64,000 nucleotides of DNA from Gemmatimonadota bacterium (GCA_021299375.1 JAJTGR010000011.1:43490-107489); one strand, 5' to 3'; shown: positions 1 to 9,227, numbered from the stretch's first letter. The notes: generated by a model from the letters alone, not told the origin. Numbers and translations: made by a program.

Positions 1-1
1 G

Positions 2-1117
2 GAGTTCCAGCTCGACAAGATCGGCGGCGGCGGGCTGCGCAGCGAGGATCGGCTGGACGTGGTGCTGCTGGGGGTCGGGCAGATCGGTCGCGAGCTGCTG
101 CGCATGCTGCCGCGTACGCGCCGGCGCGTGAAGCCCACCATCGTGGGGCTCATCGATCGCAGCGGCTTCGTGTTCGAGCCGGACGGCCTCTCGCCGCGGC
201 AACTGGCCAAGGCGGTGGACCACAAGGCCGCCGGGCAGGCGCTGGTGTCGTTACCGAGCGCCCACAAGGCAACAGCCGCCGACGCGGTGACGTACATTGG
301 GCGGCATGCGCTGGCCCGGCCGGTCCTCGTGGACGTTACCGCCGACGAAACCCTCCCCGCCCTCCGCAAGGCGATCACCGCCGACATGGACATCGTGCTC
401 GCCAACAAGAAGCCGCTGTCGGCGCCGCGCCCCGAGGTGCAGGCGTTGCACGCCCTCGCGACGCAGCACGGTGTGCGCATCCTGCACGAGACGACGGTGG
501 GCGCCGGGCTGCCCGTCATGGATAGCTACGCCAAGCTCGTGGAAACGGGCGACAAGGTGCTGTGCATCGAAGGGTGCACGAGCGGTACGCTGGGCTTCCT
601 GCTTACCGAAATCGGCCGCGGGCGGCCGTTCAGCGAGGCGCTGCTCGACGCACGTGGGCGGGGCTACACGGAACCTGACCCGCGCGACGACCTGTCCGGC
701 ATGGACGTGGCGCGCAAGGCGCTCATTCTGGCGCGGCTCATCGGCTTTGCCGGCGACCTCACCGACGTGATGGTGGAGTCGCTTGTCCCTGAAGCCTTCC
801 GTACCATGCCAACAGCGAAGTTTCTGGCCACGCTCGCGCACCAGGATGGCATGTGGGCGGCTCGGCAGGCGGCGGCCGAGAAGCAGGGGCGTGTGCTGCG
901 TTACGTGCTGCGGGCCACGCCCAGGAAGGTGCAGGTGGGACTCCAGGCCGTGCCGCCGTCGCACCCGCTGGCTGGGCTGCGTGGCACCGACAACCAGATT
1001 GTCTTCACCACCATGCGCTATCGTGAGCATCCACTCGTGATCACGGGCCCTGGCGCCGGCCCGGCGGTCACCGCGGCCGGTGTGCTCAACGACATTCTTC
1101 AGCTGACTCCGGCGTAA
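2..1117 (+). CDS. thrA: Homoserine dehydrogenase domain, 5'-truncated by the window edge; likely the C-terminal half of bifunctional aspartokinase/homoserine dehydrogenase
   Basis: Frame is open from base 2 (EFQLDKI...). Rossmann motif GVGQIG, then ANKKPL, HETTVGAGLP and GYTEPDPRDDLSGMDVARK as in ThrA/MetL; GPGAG near the C-terminus. Confidence 0.85.
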   Translation, partial: EFQLDKIGGGGLRSEDRLDVVLLGVGQIGRELLRMLPRTRRRVKPTIVGLIDRSGFVFEPDGLSPRQLAKAVDHKAAGQALVSLPSAHKATAADAVTYIGRHALARPVLVDVTADETLPALRKAITADMDIVLANKKPLSAPRPEVQALHALATQHGVRILHETTVGAGLPVMDSYAKLVETGDKVLCIEGCTSGTLGFLLTEIGRGRPFSEALLDARGRGYTEPDPRDDLSGMDVARKALILARLIGFAGDLTDVMVESLVPEAFRTMPTAKFLATLAHQDGMWAARQAAAEKQGRVLRYVLRATPRKVQVGLQAVPPSHPLAGLRGTDNQIVFTTMRYREHPLVITGPGAGPAVTAAGVLNDILQLTPA

Positions 1118-1120
1118 TCC

Positions 1121-2473
1121 ATGGGCGTCTCCGACACGGTCTTTCTTTCGGCGCACGAGGCGCTGGGCCACGCGTGCATCCAGCGGTGCGATGCCTGCGG
1201 GCACGACCTGTCGCCGCTCGATCCGTCCCCGGAGTGCCCGTCGTGCGGGGGGCTGCTGGCCATCATCCATCGCGCGCCGGTGGACGTGATGGGCGCCCCG
1301 CTTTCGGCCAAGGCCATTCAGCACGGCTTCATGCAGCACTGCTGTGCCCTGCCCATGGGACACCCGAGCGGTGTGTGGCGCTTCGAGTCGCTCGTGATGC
1401 CGGGGGCGGGTGACGCGATCACGAGCCACCCCGAGGGGAACACTCCACTCATGGCGCGTCGTCGAGTGTCCGAGTACGCCGGGTGTGATGGCCTCCTGCT
1501 CAAGCATGAGGGATACAATCCGACGGGCTCGTTCAAGGACCGCGGCATGACGGTGGGCACCACGCAGGCGGTGCGGACCGGCGCCACTGCGGTGGCCTGT
1601 GCCAGTACCGGCAACACGTCGGCCGCGCTGGCCAGCTATGCGGCACAGGCGGGGATTCCGGGACTGGTGTTCGTGCCCGCCGGCAAGGTAGCGCTGGGCA
1701 AGATGGCGCAGACGCTGGCCTACGGCGCGAAGACGCTGCTGGTGCGCGGTGACTTCGATGCCTGCCTCAAGCTCGTGCAGGAGGCCTCGCGCGAGCTGGG
1801 CATCTATCTGCTCAACTCCATCAATCCGTGGCGCGTCGAGGGGCAGAAGACCATCGTGCTCGAGCTGCTGCAGCAGCTCGGCTGGGACGCACCCGATTTC
1901 ATCGTGCTGCCGGCGGGGAACCTTGGCAACACCGCGGCCTTCGGGAAGGCGCTGCGCGAGGCGCATGCGCTGGGGTTGATCAGCAGGATTCCTCGTCTGG
2001 TGTCGGTGCAGGCGGCGGGCGCGGCACCGTTCGCCATGGGGTTCCGCGACGGGTTCATCACGCGCCACACCGTGCAGGCGGAGACGATCGCCACGGCCAT
2101 TCGCATTGGCGACCCGGCGTCGTGGGATCGCGCCGTGCGGGCGATTCGCGAGACAAACGGGCTGGTCATCAGCTGCACCGACGACGAGATCGTCGATGCC
2201 AAGGTGGCCATCGACGCCGCCGGCGTGGGGTGCGAGCCGGCCAGTGCGGCGAGCGTGGCCGGTGTGCAGCAGCTGGTGCGCGACGGGGTGATTCGCGATG
2301 GCGACCGCGTGGTGGCGGTGCTCACCGGTCATGTGCTCAAGGATCCGGGGATGCTCGTGGAGCTGCATCAGCAGCGGCCGGATTTCGCGAAGGCCAACCG
2401 GCCCATCGAGATCGACGCGAGCGTGCAGGCCGTGGCCGATGTGATCGCGGGCTCGCGAACGGAGGCGGCATGA
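1121..2473 (+). CDS. thrC: Threonine synthase (PLP-dependent) with N-terminal CxxC..CxxC zinc-ribbon-like segment
   Basis: EGNTPL, NPTGSFKDRG (PLP Lys), CASTGNTSAA, PAGNLGN, EPASAAS, LTGHVLKD. Starts 3 nt after the HSD stop. Confidence 0.93.
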   Translation: MGVSDTVFLSAHEALGHACIQRCDACGHDLSPLDPSPECPSCGGLLAIIHRAPVDVMGAPLSAKAIQHGFMQHCCALPMGHPSGVWRFESLVMPGAGDAITSHPEGNTPLMARRRVSEYAGCDGLLLKHEGYNPTGSFKDRGMTVGTTQAVRTGATAVACASTGNTSAALASYAAQAGIPGLVFVPAGKVALGKMAQTLAYGAKTLLVRGDFDACLKLVQEASRELGIYLLNSINPWRVEGQKTIVLELLQQLGWDAPDFIVLPAGNLGNTAAFGKALREAHALGLISRIPRLVSVQAAGAAPFAMGFRDGFITRHTVQAETIATAIRIGDPASWDRAVRAIRETNGLVISCTDDEIVDAKVAIDAAGVGCEPASAASVAGVQQLVRDGVIRDGDRVVAVLTGHVLKDPGMLVELHQQRPDFAKANRPIEIDASVQAVADVIAGSRTEAA

Positions 2474-3207
2474 ATGCGCTGAGTGCAAGGCGCACCCTCG
2501 TGACCGGGGCATCCAAGCCGCTGGGGGTGGAGCTCGTGAGGCAGAGCCTCATGCGCGGGGACAAGGTGTACGCGGCTTGCCGGAACCCGGCGCGTGTCCC
2601 GATTCTGGCCGACCTGCGCGCCGAGTTCGGGGGGCTCGAACTGCTCGCGCTCGACTTCGCCGATTCGGCCAGTGTGGCCGAGGCGGTGCCGGTGCTGGAA
2701 AGCCTCACCGACTCGCTGGACCTGCTGGTGGTGGCCCCCGCAGATCCGGGCACGCACGAGAAGTTGAGCGATGCCGAGCGTGATGCCCATTTGGATACGC
2801 TCACCGGGACCGGCCTCACGGAGCATTACCGGCGATACGCGGTGGCACCGGTGCTGCTGGTGCGCACCCTGCTGCCGTGGCTGGCCAAGGGCGACGGGGC
2901 GCGCGTGCTCATGGTGACCTCGTGGCTCGGGTCGCTGGCGGGTAAGACGCAGGGCGGTGATTACGCCACCTGCGCCAGCGCAGCGGGGTTGCACATGCTC
3001 ACGCGGGCGCTGGCGCACGACCTTGCCGAGGAGCGCATCGTGGTGTGCCTCGGCAACCCGGGCAACTATGCCACGTCTCCCGACGGTCCGATGTTCCGGG
3101 TACCCATCGACGAGGCGGCGCTGGGGCTGCTGATGCAGACGGAGCGGCTGCCGCTGGCGCGGAGTGGCGCCTACCTCGACTGGACGGGGGCAGAGCGGGC
3201 GTGGTAG
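2470..3207 (+). CDS. CsgA-like short-chain dehydrogenase/reductase with degenerate motifs
   Basis: ATGA overlap with the thrC stop. LVTGASKPLG, VYAACRNP, LDFAD, SWLGSL and LHMLTRALAHDL follow the CsgA-like SDR layout. True start is 2470, not the listed ORF start 1828. Confidence 0.75.
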   Translation: MNALSARRTLVTGASKPLGVELVRQSLMRGDKVYAACRNPARVPILADLRAEFGGLELLALDFADSASVAEAVPVLESLTDSLDLLVVAPADPGTHEKLSDAERDAHLDTLTGTGLTEHYRRYAVAPVLLVRTLLPWLAKGDGARVLMVTSWLGSLAGKTQGGDYATCASAAGLHMLTRALAHDLAEERIVVCLGNPGNYATSPDGPMFRVPIDEAALGLLMQTERLPLARSGAYLDWTGAERAW

Positions 3208-3234
3208 GGCGGAGGCGACGGTGGGGCGGGGGAG

Positions 3235-3414
3235 GGCACGGCGCGAGCTTGAACGGCGCGAGCTGGCACGGCGCGAGCTTGAACAACGCGAGCTGGAACG
3301 GCGCGAGCTGGCACGGCGCGAGCTGGAACAGGGCGAGCTGGAACAGGGCGAGCTGGCACGGCGCGAGCTGGAACAACGCGAGCTGGAACAGCGCGAGGGA
3401 GCACGGCGCGTTGC
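3235..3414. repeat. Tandem 15-bp minisatellite, about 11-12 copies, consensus GG(A/C)ACGGCGCGAGCT
   Basis: Units read directly: 3235 ggcacggcgcgagct, 3250 tgaacggcgcgagct, 3265, 3280, 3295, 3310, 3325 ggaacagggcgagct, 3340, 3355, 3370, 3385; degenerate at 3400. Lies between the SDR stop and the next start. Confidence 0.95.
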
Positions 3415-3441
3415 GGTTGGGCGCGTGCGTGTGACACCGGT

Positions 3442-4863
3442 GTGAGACGCGCGGCAAGTGGGACGCTGGCGTGGGCGTTGGTGTGGGCGCTGATGGGATG
3501 TGCGTCGCGGTCAGCGGAGAAGCCAGGGCCAGCGTTTGCACCGGCGCCGGGGGGGGCGTCGGCGGCGGCGGGAACGCCACGCGCTGGGGTGGTTGGGACG
3601 ACTGCGCTCGCGGTGGTGCCGGTGCGCGTGACGTATGTGCTGCGGGCGCTGGTGCCGCCGCTGGACTCGGTGTTTCCGGCGCGCGATTCGCTGGCGGCAG
3701 CGCGTTGTGCCAATGCGGTGGGGCTGGTGTGCCACCAGTACGTGTATCAGCGCGAGCCGTTCCGGCTGCGCGGCGAGGGCAACCGGCTCCGCATCGAAGC
3801 CGATCTGTCGTATCGCGCCCTGCTTGGCCTGGCGGGCGGCGCCCGCGTGGCGAGCTGCGGCTACGCCCCCCAGACCATGCGCCGCGCCTTGCTGCGCATG
3901 ACCACGGCGCTGTACTGGCGGCGCGACTGGCGCCTTGGCGCCCAGGACACGAAGCTCTCGGCGGTGCTGCGCGACCCGTGTGTGGTGACGCTGTTCGGGG
4001 TCGACGCCACCAGTACGCTGCAGGCGCTGATCGACCGGCAGCTGGCCGCGTTCGCGGTGCAGGCCGACAGCACCATCCCTGTCGTCGGCGATTTTCGGCC
4101 ACTTGCCGACTCGCTGTGGCAGAGCTTTCTCGAGCCCGCGCCGCTCGACTCCACGGGCACCCTGTGGCTGCTGCTCGAGCCCGAGTCCGTGCACGTCACG
4201 CCCTTCGAGGGAGCGGGGGGGAATCTCGCGACCACGCTGATACTGTACGCCCGGCCTCGCGTGGTGGCGGGCGCGCGTCCTCCGGTGCGTCGCCGGCCGT
4301 TGCCGCCGTTGGCGCTGGGGCAGGCACCGCCGGCATTCGTGGTGCCGGTGTCTGTCGAACTGCCTTTCGACGAGCTGGCGCGCCGCGCCACCGCGCTGCT
4401 GGCCGAGGAAACCGCGAACGAGAAGGTGAAGGTGGACAGCGTCGTCGTGCGTGGGGCGGGGGACAGCGTGTTCGTCGACCTCGCGGTGTCCGGCGCGCTC
4501 CGCGGACGACTGGGCATGACCTCGCGTTTGCGGTGGGACGGTACCACCCGCGAGCTTCGGCTGGACGATCTGGCGTGGACGTTGCGCAGTCAGGGGGCGC
4601 TCGCCCGCGCCAAGGCCACGCTGGCGGCGCCGCTCGTGGGGCGTGCCATCCGCCGCGCCACGAACGGCGGGCGCATTTCGCTCGGCGCGCAGCTGGACTC
4701 CGTGCGGGCCGAACTCCTCGTCAAGCTCAACGGCCCGCTGGCCCCCGGCATCATGATGGGCAGCAGTGTGCACGCGGTGCAGATTACCGACGTGACCGCG
4801 ACCGCCAGGGCGTTCGTGGTGCGCGCGCTGCTGACCGGGCAAGGCGGGGTATGGGTCCAATGA
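3442..4863 (+). CDS. DUF4403-like lipoprotein
   Basis: GTG start; hydrophobic signal with lipobox-like LMGC. Size and segments (YWRRDWRL, DPCVVTLFGVDAT, WLLLEPESV) resemble DUF4403 proteins from recall. Confidence 0.6.
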   Translation: MRRAASGTLAWALVWALMGCASRSAEKPGPAFAPAPGGASAAAGTPRAGVVGTTALAVVPVRVTYVLRALVPPLDSVFPARDSLAAARCANAVGLVCHQYVYQREPFRLRGEGNRLRIEADLSYRALLGLAGGARVASCGYAPQTMRRALLRMTTALYWRRDWRLGAQDTKLSAVLRDPCVVTLFGVDATSTLQALIDRQLAAFAVQADSTIPVVGDFRPLADSLWQSFLEPAPLDSTGTLWLLLEPESVHVTPFEGAGGNLATTLILYARPRVVAGARPPVRRRPLPPLALGQAPPAFVVPVSVELPFDELARRATALLAEETANEKVKVDSVVVRGAGDSVFVDLAVSGALRGRLGMTSRLRWDGTTRELRLDDLAWTLRSQGALARAKATLAAPLVGRAIRRATNGGRISLGAQLDSVRAELLVKLNGPLAPGIMMGSSVHAVQITDVTATARAFVVRALLTGQGGVWVQ

Positions 4864-5348
4864 TGCCGAACCTGCAGGAACCGACCGACGACACGCTGCG
4901 CCGTCCGGCGCCCGATTCCGCGTGGGAGCGCGGCTCGCTCGAGGGCCGCTCGACGGCGTCCGGGCCGAACCCTTTTGCACCAGAGCCTGAGCCCGAGCGC
5001 TCAGTGCGACTGCGGTTCGTCACGGGGTTCTACCTGCTGACATCGATCAGCGCGACCGCGCGCGCGGTGCGCCTGGTGCAAACCGTCGTGTCCGACCCCG
5101 GCGAGATGCGTGCGCTGGTCGCCGAGAACGCCGTCTCCATCCTCACCACGCCGCTCACGGCTGCAAGCATGTGGATCACGTGGCGTCTGCTTCGGCAGCG
5201 GCGCCGACTCGGAGCCGTCGTCGCGGCGGTGCCGTTTCTCAACATGCTCGTCGATGCCATCCTGCTCGGCGCGACCGAGTCGTACAATCTGCTGGTCCCC
5301 GCGCTCAGTGTGCTGTTCATCGCCTCCGTCTGGAAGGAACTCGAGTGA
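4860..5348 (+). CDS. Hypothetical membrane protein (about 4 TM segments, 162 aa)
   Basis: ATGA overlap with the upstream stop and GTGA overlap with the next gene; hydrophobic C-terminal two-thirds. Confidence 0.7.
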   Translation: MMPNLQEPTDDTLRRPAPDSAWERGSLEGRSTASGPNPFAPEPEPERSVRLRFVTGFYLLTSISATARAVRLVQTVVSDPGEMRALVAENAVSILTTPLTAASMWITWRLLRQRRRLGAVVAAVPFLNMLVDAILLGATESYNLLVPALSVLFIASVWKELE

Positions 5349-6313
5349 CTCGTTCTCCACACGTGGCCTCGCTTTTCGCGGCGTTCGTCGCGTCGTTCGT
5401 CACGCTGTCGCCGACGCCGTCGGCCGCCCAAGCACGCTCGGCCGCCTCCGACCCCGTGTCGGCCCGCCTGATGCAGCGTCTATCGGTGCTCGCGGCCGAT
5501 TCCATGGAGGGCCGCCGTGCCGGCTCAGCAGGCAGTGCGCGGGCGCGGGCGTGGATCATCGGTGAACTCACGGCCATGGGCGCCAAGCCGGCCGGTGCGA
5601 GTTTCGAGCAGCGCATCAGCCTGCGTCCGCGCCCCGGCAGCACCGACACCGTGGGGGCCAACATCGTGGCCCGGATTCCCGGCACGAAGGGCAGCGGGCC
5701 GGTGCTCGTGCTGAGTGCGCACTACGACCACCTCGGCGTGCGCGACGGGCAGGTATACAACGGCGCCGACGACGATGCGTCGGGGTGTGTGGCGCTGCTG
5801 ACCATCGCCGAGCAGTTGCTCGCGACGCCGCCGGCGCACGACGTGATCCTGGCGTTTTTCGACGCCGAGGAAACGGGCATGGTGGGGTCGCGGGCGTTCG
5901 TGAACACGCCGCCGGTGCCGCTCGAACGCATCGGGGCCAATCTCAATCTTGACATGGTTGGGCGGCAGGACAGCGGGGCGCTCTGGGTGTCGGGCACGGC
6001 CCATCACCCCTCGCTCAAGCCCGTGGCCGACGTGGCGGCGCGAGGGGCGCGCGTCACGGTGCGCTTCGGACACGACACGAAGGGCGGCAAGCCGGGCGAC
6101 GACTGGACCAGCTCGTCGGACCATGCGGCGTTCCACGCCAAGGGCATTCCGTTCCTGTACCTCGGGGTCGAGGACCACCCCGATTATCACAAGCCGGGCG
6201 ACGACGCCGACAAGATCGATCCCGCGTTCTTTCACGGGACGGTCGCGTACGCCGCATCGCTGCTGCGCGAGCTGGACCGGGCTCTGCCGTCGATTGCGGC
6301 GGGGCGCAGATAG
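5345..6313 (+). CDS. Secreted M28 family metallopeptidase
   Basis: GTG at 5345; signal peptide. SAHYDHLG, GADDDASG, FDAEETG, NLDM, SDH and YHKPGD are M28 Zn-ligand motifs. Confidence 0.88.
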   Translation: MTRSPHVASLFAAFVASFVTLSPTPSAAQARSAASDPVSARLMQRLSVLAADSMEGRRAGSAGSARARAWIIGELTAMGAKPAGASFEQRISLRPRPGSTDTVGANIVARIPGTKGSGPVLVLSAHYDHLGVRDGQVYNGADDDASGCVALLTIAEQLLATPPAHDVILAFFDAEETGMVGSRAFVNTPPVPLERIGANLNLDMVGRQDSGALWVSGTAHHPSLKPVADVAARGARVTVRFGHDTKGGKPGDDWTSSSDHAAFHAKGIPFLYLGVEDHPDYHKPGDDADKIDPAFFHGTVAYAASLLRELDRALPSIAAGRR

Positions 6314-6339
6314 CGAGTCCGCGGGCCCGCGAAACAAGG

Positions 6340-6372
6340 AAGGGAGCACACCACCCTGTGGTGCACTCCCTT
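6340..6372 (-). terminator. Intrinsic terminator-like hairpin, fully paired on the minus strand
   Basis: Minus strand AAGGGAG-UG-CACCAC agg GUGGUG-UG-CUCCCUU gives 15 bp with two G-U pairs, followed by CCUUGUUUC. On the plus strand those two positions are C/A mismatches. Confidence 0.6.
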
Positions 6373-6419
6373 GCATTCCCTGCCGGCTCGGTCTCGAACC
6401 CCGAACCGGGAAACCCGTG

Positions 6420-6485
6420 TTACCGGGCGTCGATCAGGAGATCGGTTGCCCAGGACGAGCCGGCAATGGGACAGGCGCTAGACAA
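6420..6485 (-). CDS. Candidate 21-aa small ORF MSSACPIAGSSWATDLLIDAR (TTG start)
   Basis: AGGAGGTGATC (11-nt complement of the 16S 3' end) lies just upstream of TTG, with AGGAGG 7 nt from the start. TAA at 6420-6422, then a minus-strand terminator. Confidence 0.45.
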   Translation of the reverse strand: MSSACPIAGSSWATDLLIDAR

Positions 6486-6836
6486 TTGATCACCTCCTCG
6501 ATGTAGGGTGGTAGTACGGGCTCATGCACCGCGGAACAGGTCTTGGGTCCTCTTCCAACGGGTCCAGCGGTCGTGCCTTGGACGGCGGATGCGGTGGTCG
6601 GCTGGCTGCCGACTCCGGTCCGAACGGCCGGTGCCACGGTCGCTCCTCCGTGACGCACAACATCCTAGGCACCCGCACGCCCGACGGCAAGGAGCAAAAG
6701 TGTGACCCGTCACGCACGGCGTCACCGGAACCCGGATGGCCGCTGGACTCGCCCCCCGACCTGTGACAACGTCTGGCGTGCCCGTTTCGTAGCGCTGGCG
6801 TCGCCCTTCCCGTTCCTCCCCTTCCCGAACCGACCC

Positions 6837-9098
6837 ATGATCGTGTCCGTGACCGTGTCCGTGCCTTGGCGCCGCGCGCCGCTGGCGCTTGCCGCCGTCC
6901 TGTCGCTTGCGCCGTTGGGGCTCACTCCGATGGGGCTCGCTGCCCAGAGCGGGCAGCGCCTCGCCGGCGCGTCCGGCAACGCCGCTGCCCTCACCCCGCT
7001 CCCCAAGGGCCCGCGGGCCATGCTGCTGCGCGACTGGTACCGCGTGGTGAACGTGAGCAGCCCGGCCGTCTCCCCCGACGGCAAGCGAGTCGCGATGACC
7101 GTCACCAAAGCCGTGGAGGCGGACAACCGCCGCCACAGCGAGGTCTGGGTGGTGAACACCGCCGGCGGCGAGCCGCAGCGCTGGACGTCCCCCAGCACCG
7201 AAAGCAGCAACCCACGTTGGTCGCCGGACGGCAAGTACCTGTTCTTCACCTCCCAGCGCGCCGGCGGCCGCGGCAACACGTGGGCCATCCGGCTCGATCA
7301 GCCCAGCGGCGAGGCCGTGCAGGTGGACGGCTACCCCAATGGCTCGATGCCCGCCGACGGCGCGTTTGCGGTGTTCGCCGAGACCGCCGGCGCGGCACCG
7401 GCATCGGCGCCGGCCAACGATCCGTTCGGCCAGATGCCGGTGATGGCGCGCCCGCCCTTCGAGGCCATCACGCGTCCGTCGGCCCCGGCCCGGTTCGATG
7501 GCCGTCACGTGGTGGACATGGCCTACAAGAACAACGCCACCGGCTTCGTGCCCGGCCGGCGTGTGGCGCGCACGTGGCGCCCGCAGCAGCTCTTCCGCCA
7601 GCAGGTGGGTGACACGGCGAAGAAGCAGCTGACCTCGACCCTGTACTCGCATCGCAGCCCGAGCGTCTCGCCCGACGGCAAGTGGGTGGCGTTTATCGCC
7701 GATGCGCGCCTGCGCCCCGATTCCGTGGTGGACCTCGAGCGCGACTCGATCGCCACGCTGCCCTACGACAAGGTGCGCGACGAGGCTGAGCGTAATGATG
7801 CCGACATCTACGTCATCGACGCCGTGAACGGCGGCACGCCGCGCAAGGTGGCCGAGTGGATGGGGGCCGAGTCGGCGATCACCTGGGCGCCCGATGGCAA
7901 GACGCTGGCGTTCATCGGACGGCCGGCACGCACGAAGAGCGCGCGCATCTACACCGTCCCCGTGGCCGGCGGCCAACCGCAGAACCTGCTCGGCGACTGG
8001 CCGTTCGAGCCATCGGACATGGACTGGCTCAAGACCGGTATCCAGTTCACCGCCGACATCGGTGGGCGGGCCGCCGTGCTGCGCGCCGACCCCACGGGCA
8101 AGGCGGCCCCCAAGGAGCTGGTGGGCGGACGCCGCCAGCTGCGCGGCACCAGCTACGACGCCGCCGGCAAGGTCCTGGCGTTCGTGTCGACAAGCATGAC
8201 GAAGCCCACCGAACTGTTCGTCGCCAACGCCGACGGCACCGGTGAGCGTCAGCTCACCGACTTCAACAAGGACGTCAACGCCGACGTGGTGTGGAGCGAC
8301 GCCGAACGGTTCACGTACCGGAGCGTGGGCAATGTGGAGATCGAAGGCTGGCTCATGAAGCCGTACGGCTACGAGCCCGGCAAGACGTATCCCATGGTCC
8401 TCTACATCCACGGCGGCCCGCATTCGGCCTACGGGGAAGGCTGGTTTGACGAGTTCCAGAACCTTGCTGCGCAGGGCATGTTCGTGCTGTTCACCAACCC
8501 GCGTGGATCGAGCGGCTACGGCGCCGACTTCACCTACAGTACGCGCGGCCGCTGGGGCATGGAGGACTACGAGGACCTCATGAAGGCCGTGGACATCGTG
8601 GCCGCCCGCCCCGATGTGGACAGCACCCGCATGGGCGCCACCGGTGGTTCTTACGGCGGCTTCATGACCACGTGGATGGCGACCAAGACGAACCGGTTCC
8701 GCGCCATCCAGACTGATCGCACCATCACCGATTGGACGTACTGGTACGGCTCGAGCGATGCGCAGGGGCTCACCGAGTTCGAGTTCTATGGCAAGCCGTG
8801 GGATAATCAGGCGCTGTACGACACGCTCTCACCTATTCGGTACGTGAACAAGGTGAAGACACCGATGCTCATCGTGCAGAGCGAAGAGGATCATCGCACG
8901 CCGATGGGCAGCGCCGAGATCTGGTTCATGTCGCTCAAGAAGCAGGGCGTGCCGGTGGAGCTCATTCGGTATCCGCGATCGAACCACGATTTGAGCCGAA
9001 CCGGCGAACCGTGGCTGCTGGTGGACCGGCTGGGGCGGTTGCAGCAGTGGTTCGGCTACTGGCTGCAGGGAAAGAAGGCGGACGTGACGCCGAACTGA
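6837..9098 (+). CDS. Secreted S9 family (prolyl oligopeptidase / acylaminoacyl) peptidase with beta-propeller repeats
   Basis: Signal peptide from ATG 6837; SPDGK repeats; YIHGGPH, NPRGSSGYG, GGSYGG nucleophile, SEEDHRT, SNHDLSR. Confidence 0.92.
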   Translation: MIVSVTVSVPWRRAPLALAAVLSLAPLGLTPMGLAAQSGQRLAGASGNAAALTPLPKGPRAMLLRDWYRVVNVSSPAVSPDGKRVAMTVTKAVEADNRRHSEVWVVNTAGGEPQRWTSPSTESSNPRWSPDGKYLFFTSQRAGGRGNTWAIRLDQPSGEAVQVDGYPNGSMPADGAFAVFAETAGAAPASAPANDPFGQMPVMARPPFEAITRPSAPARFDGRHVVDMAYKNNATGFVPGRRVARTWRPQQLFRQQVGDTAKKQLTSTLYSHRSPSVSPDGKWVAFIADARLRPDSVVDLERDSIATLPYDKVRDEAERNDADIYVIDAVNGGTPRKVAEWMGAESAITWAPDGKTLAFIGRPARTKSARIYTVPVAGGQPQNLLGDWPFEPSDMDWLKTGIQFTADIGGRAAVLRADPTGKAAPKELVGGRRQLRGTSYDAAGKVLAFVSTSMTKPTELFVANADGTGERQLTDFNKDVNADVVWSDAERFTYRSVGNVEIEGWLMKPYGYEPGKTYPMVLYIHGGPHSAYGEGWFDEFQNLAAQGMFVLFTNPRGSSGYGADFTYSTRGRWGMEDYEDLMKAVDIVAARPDVDSTRMGATGGSYGGFMTTWMATKTNRFRAIQTDRTITDWTYWYGSSDAQGLTEFEFYGKPWDNQALYDTLSPIRYVNKVKTPMLIVQSEEDHRTPMGSAEIWFMSLKKQGVPVELIRYPRSNHDLSRTGEPWLLVDRLGRLQQWFGYWLQGKKADVTPN

Positions 9099-9135
9099 GT
9101 CCGCCCGTTGCGGCGCAACCCTACGGTGAAAGCCA

Positions 9136-9171
9136 CGCGTGGCCAGCGGGAACGATCCCGCTGGCCACGCG
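9136..9171. terminator. Perfect 16-bp inverted repeat between convergent genes
   Basis: cgcgtggccagcggga-acga-tcccgctggccacgcg; no clear U tract. Confidence 0.55.
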
Positions 9172-9227
9172 CAGCGCGTCCTTGGCGGCCTCGCTGCGAC
9201 TGTCCGGGCCATGAGCTGCGTAGCGCG

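Noticed and set aside
1118-1120. Missing thrB as a novel threonine pathway
   Set aside because: thrB could lie upstream of the truncated thrA or elsewhere; this cannot be judged from the window.
3235-3414. CRISPR array
   Set aside because: Units are 15 bp and directly abutting, with no unique spacers and no cas genes.
3045-3434. Pentapeptide-repeat protein (ASWNG repeats) as a real CDS
   Set aside because: The start lies inside the SDR gene, there is no SD, and the non-repeat part is unlike a protein; the reading is a by-product of the minisatellite.
6373-6470. 6S RNA, SRP RNA or a known riboswitch
   Set aside because: About 100 nt is too short for 6S, and I could not find SRP, T-box, cobalamin, c-di-GMP or other signature motifs; kept only as an unassigned structured element.
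6488-6498. 16S rRNA 3' end (GATCACCTCCT)
   Set aside because: No flanking 16S sequence; better explained as a perfect SD on the minus strand.
6625-6641. sigma54 promoter (TGGCAC) on the minus strand upstream of the small ORF
   Set aside because: The -12 position reads TC rather than the required GC.
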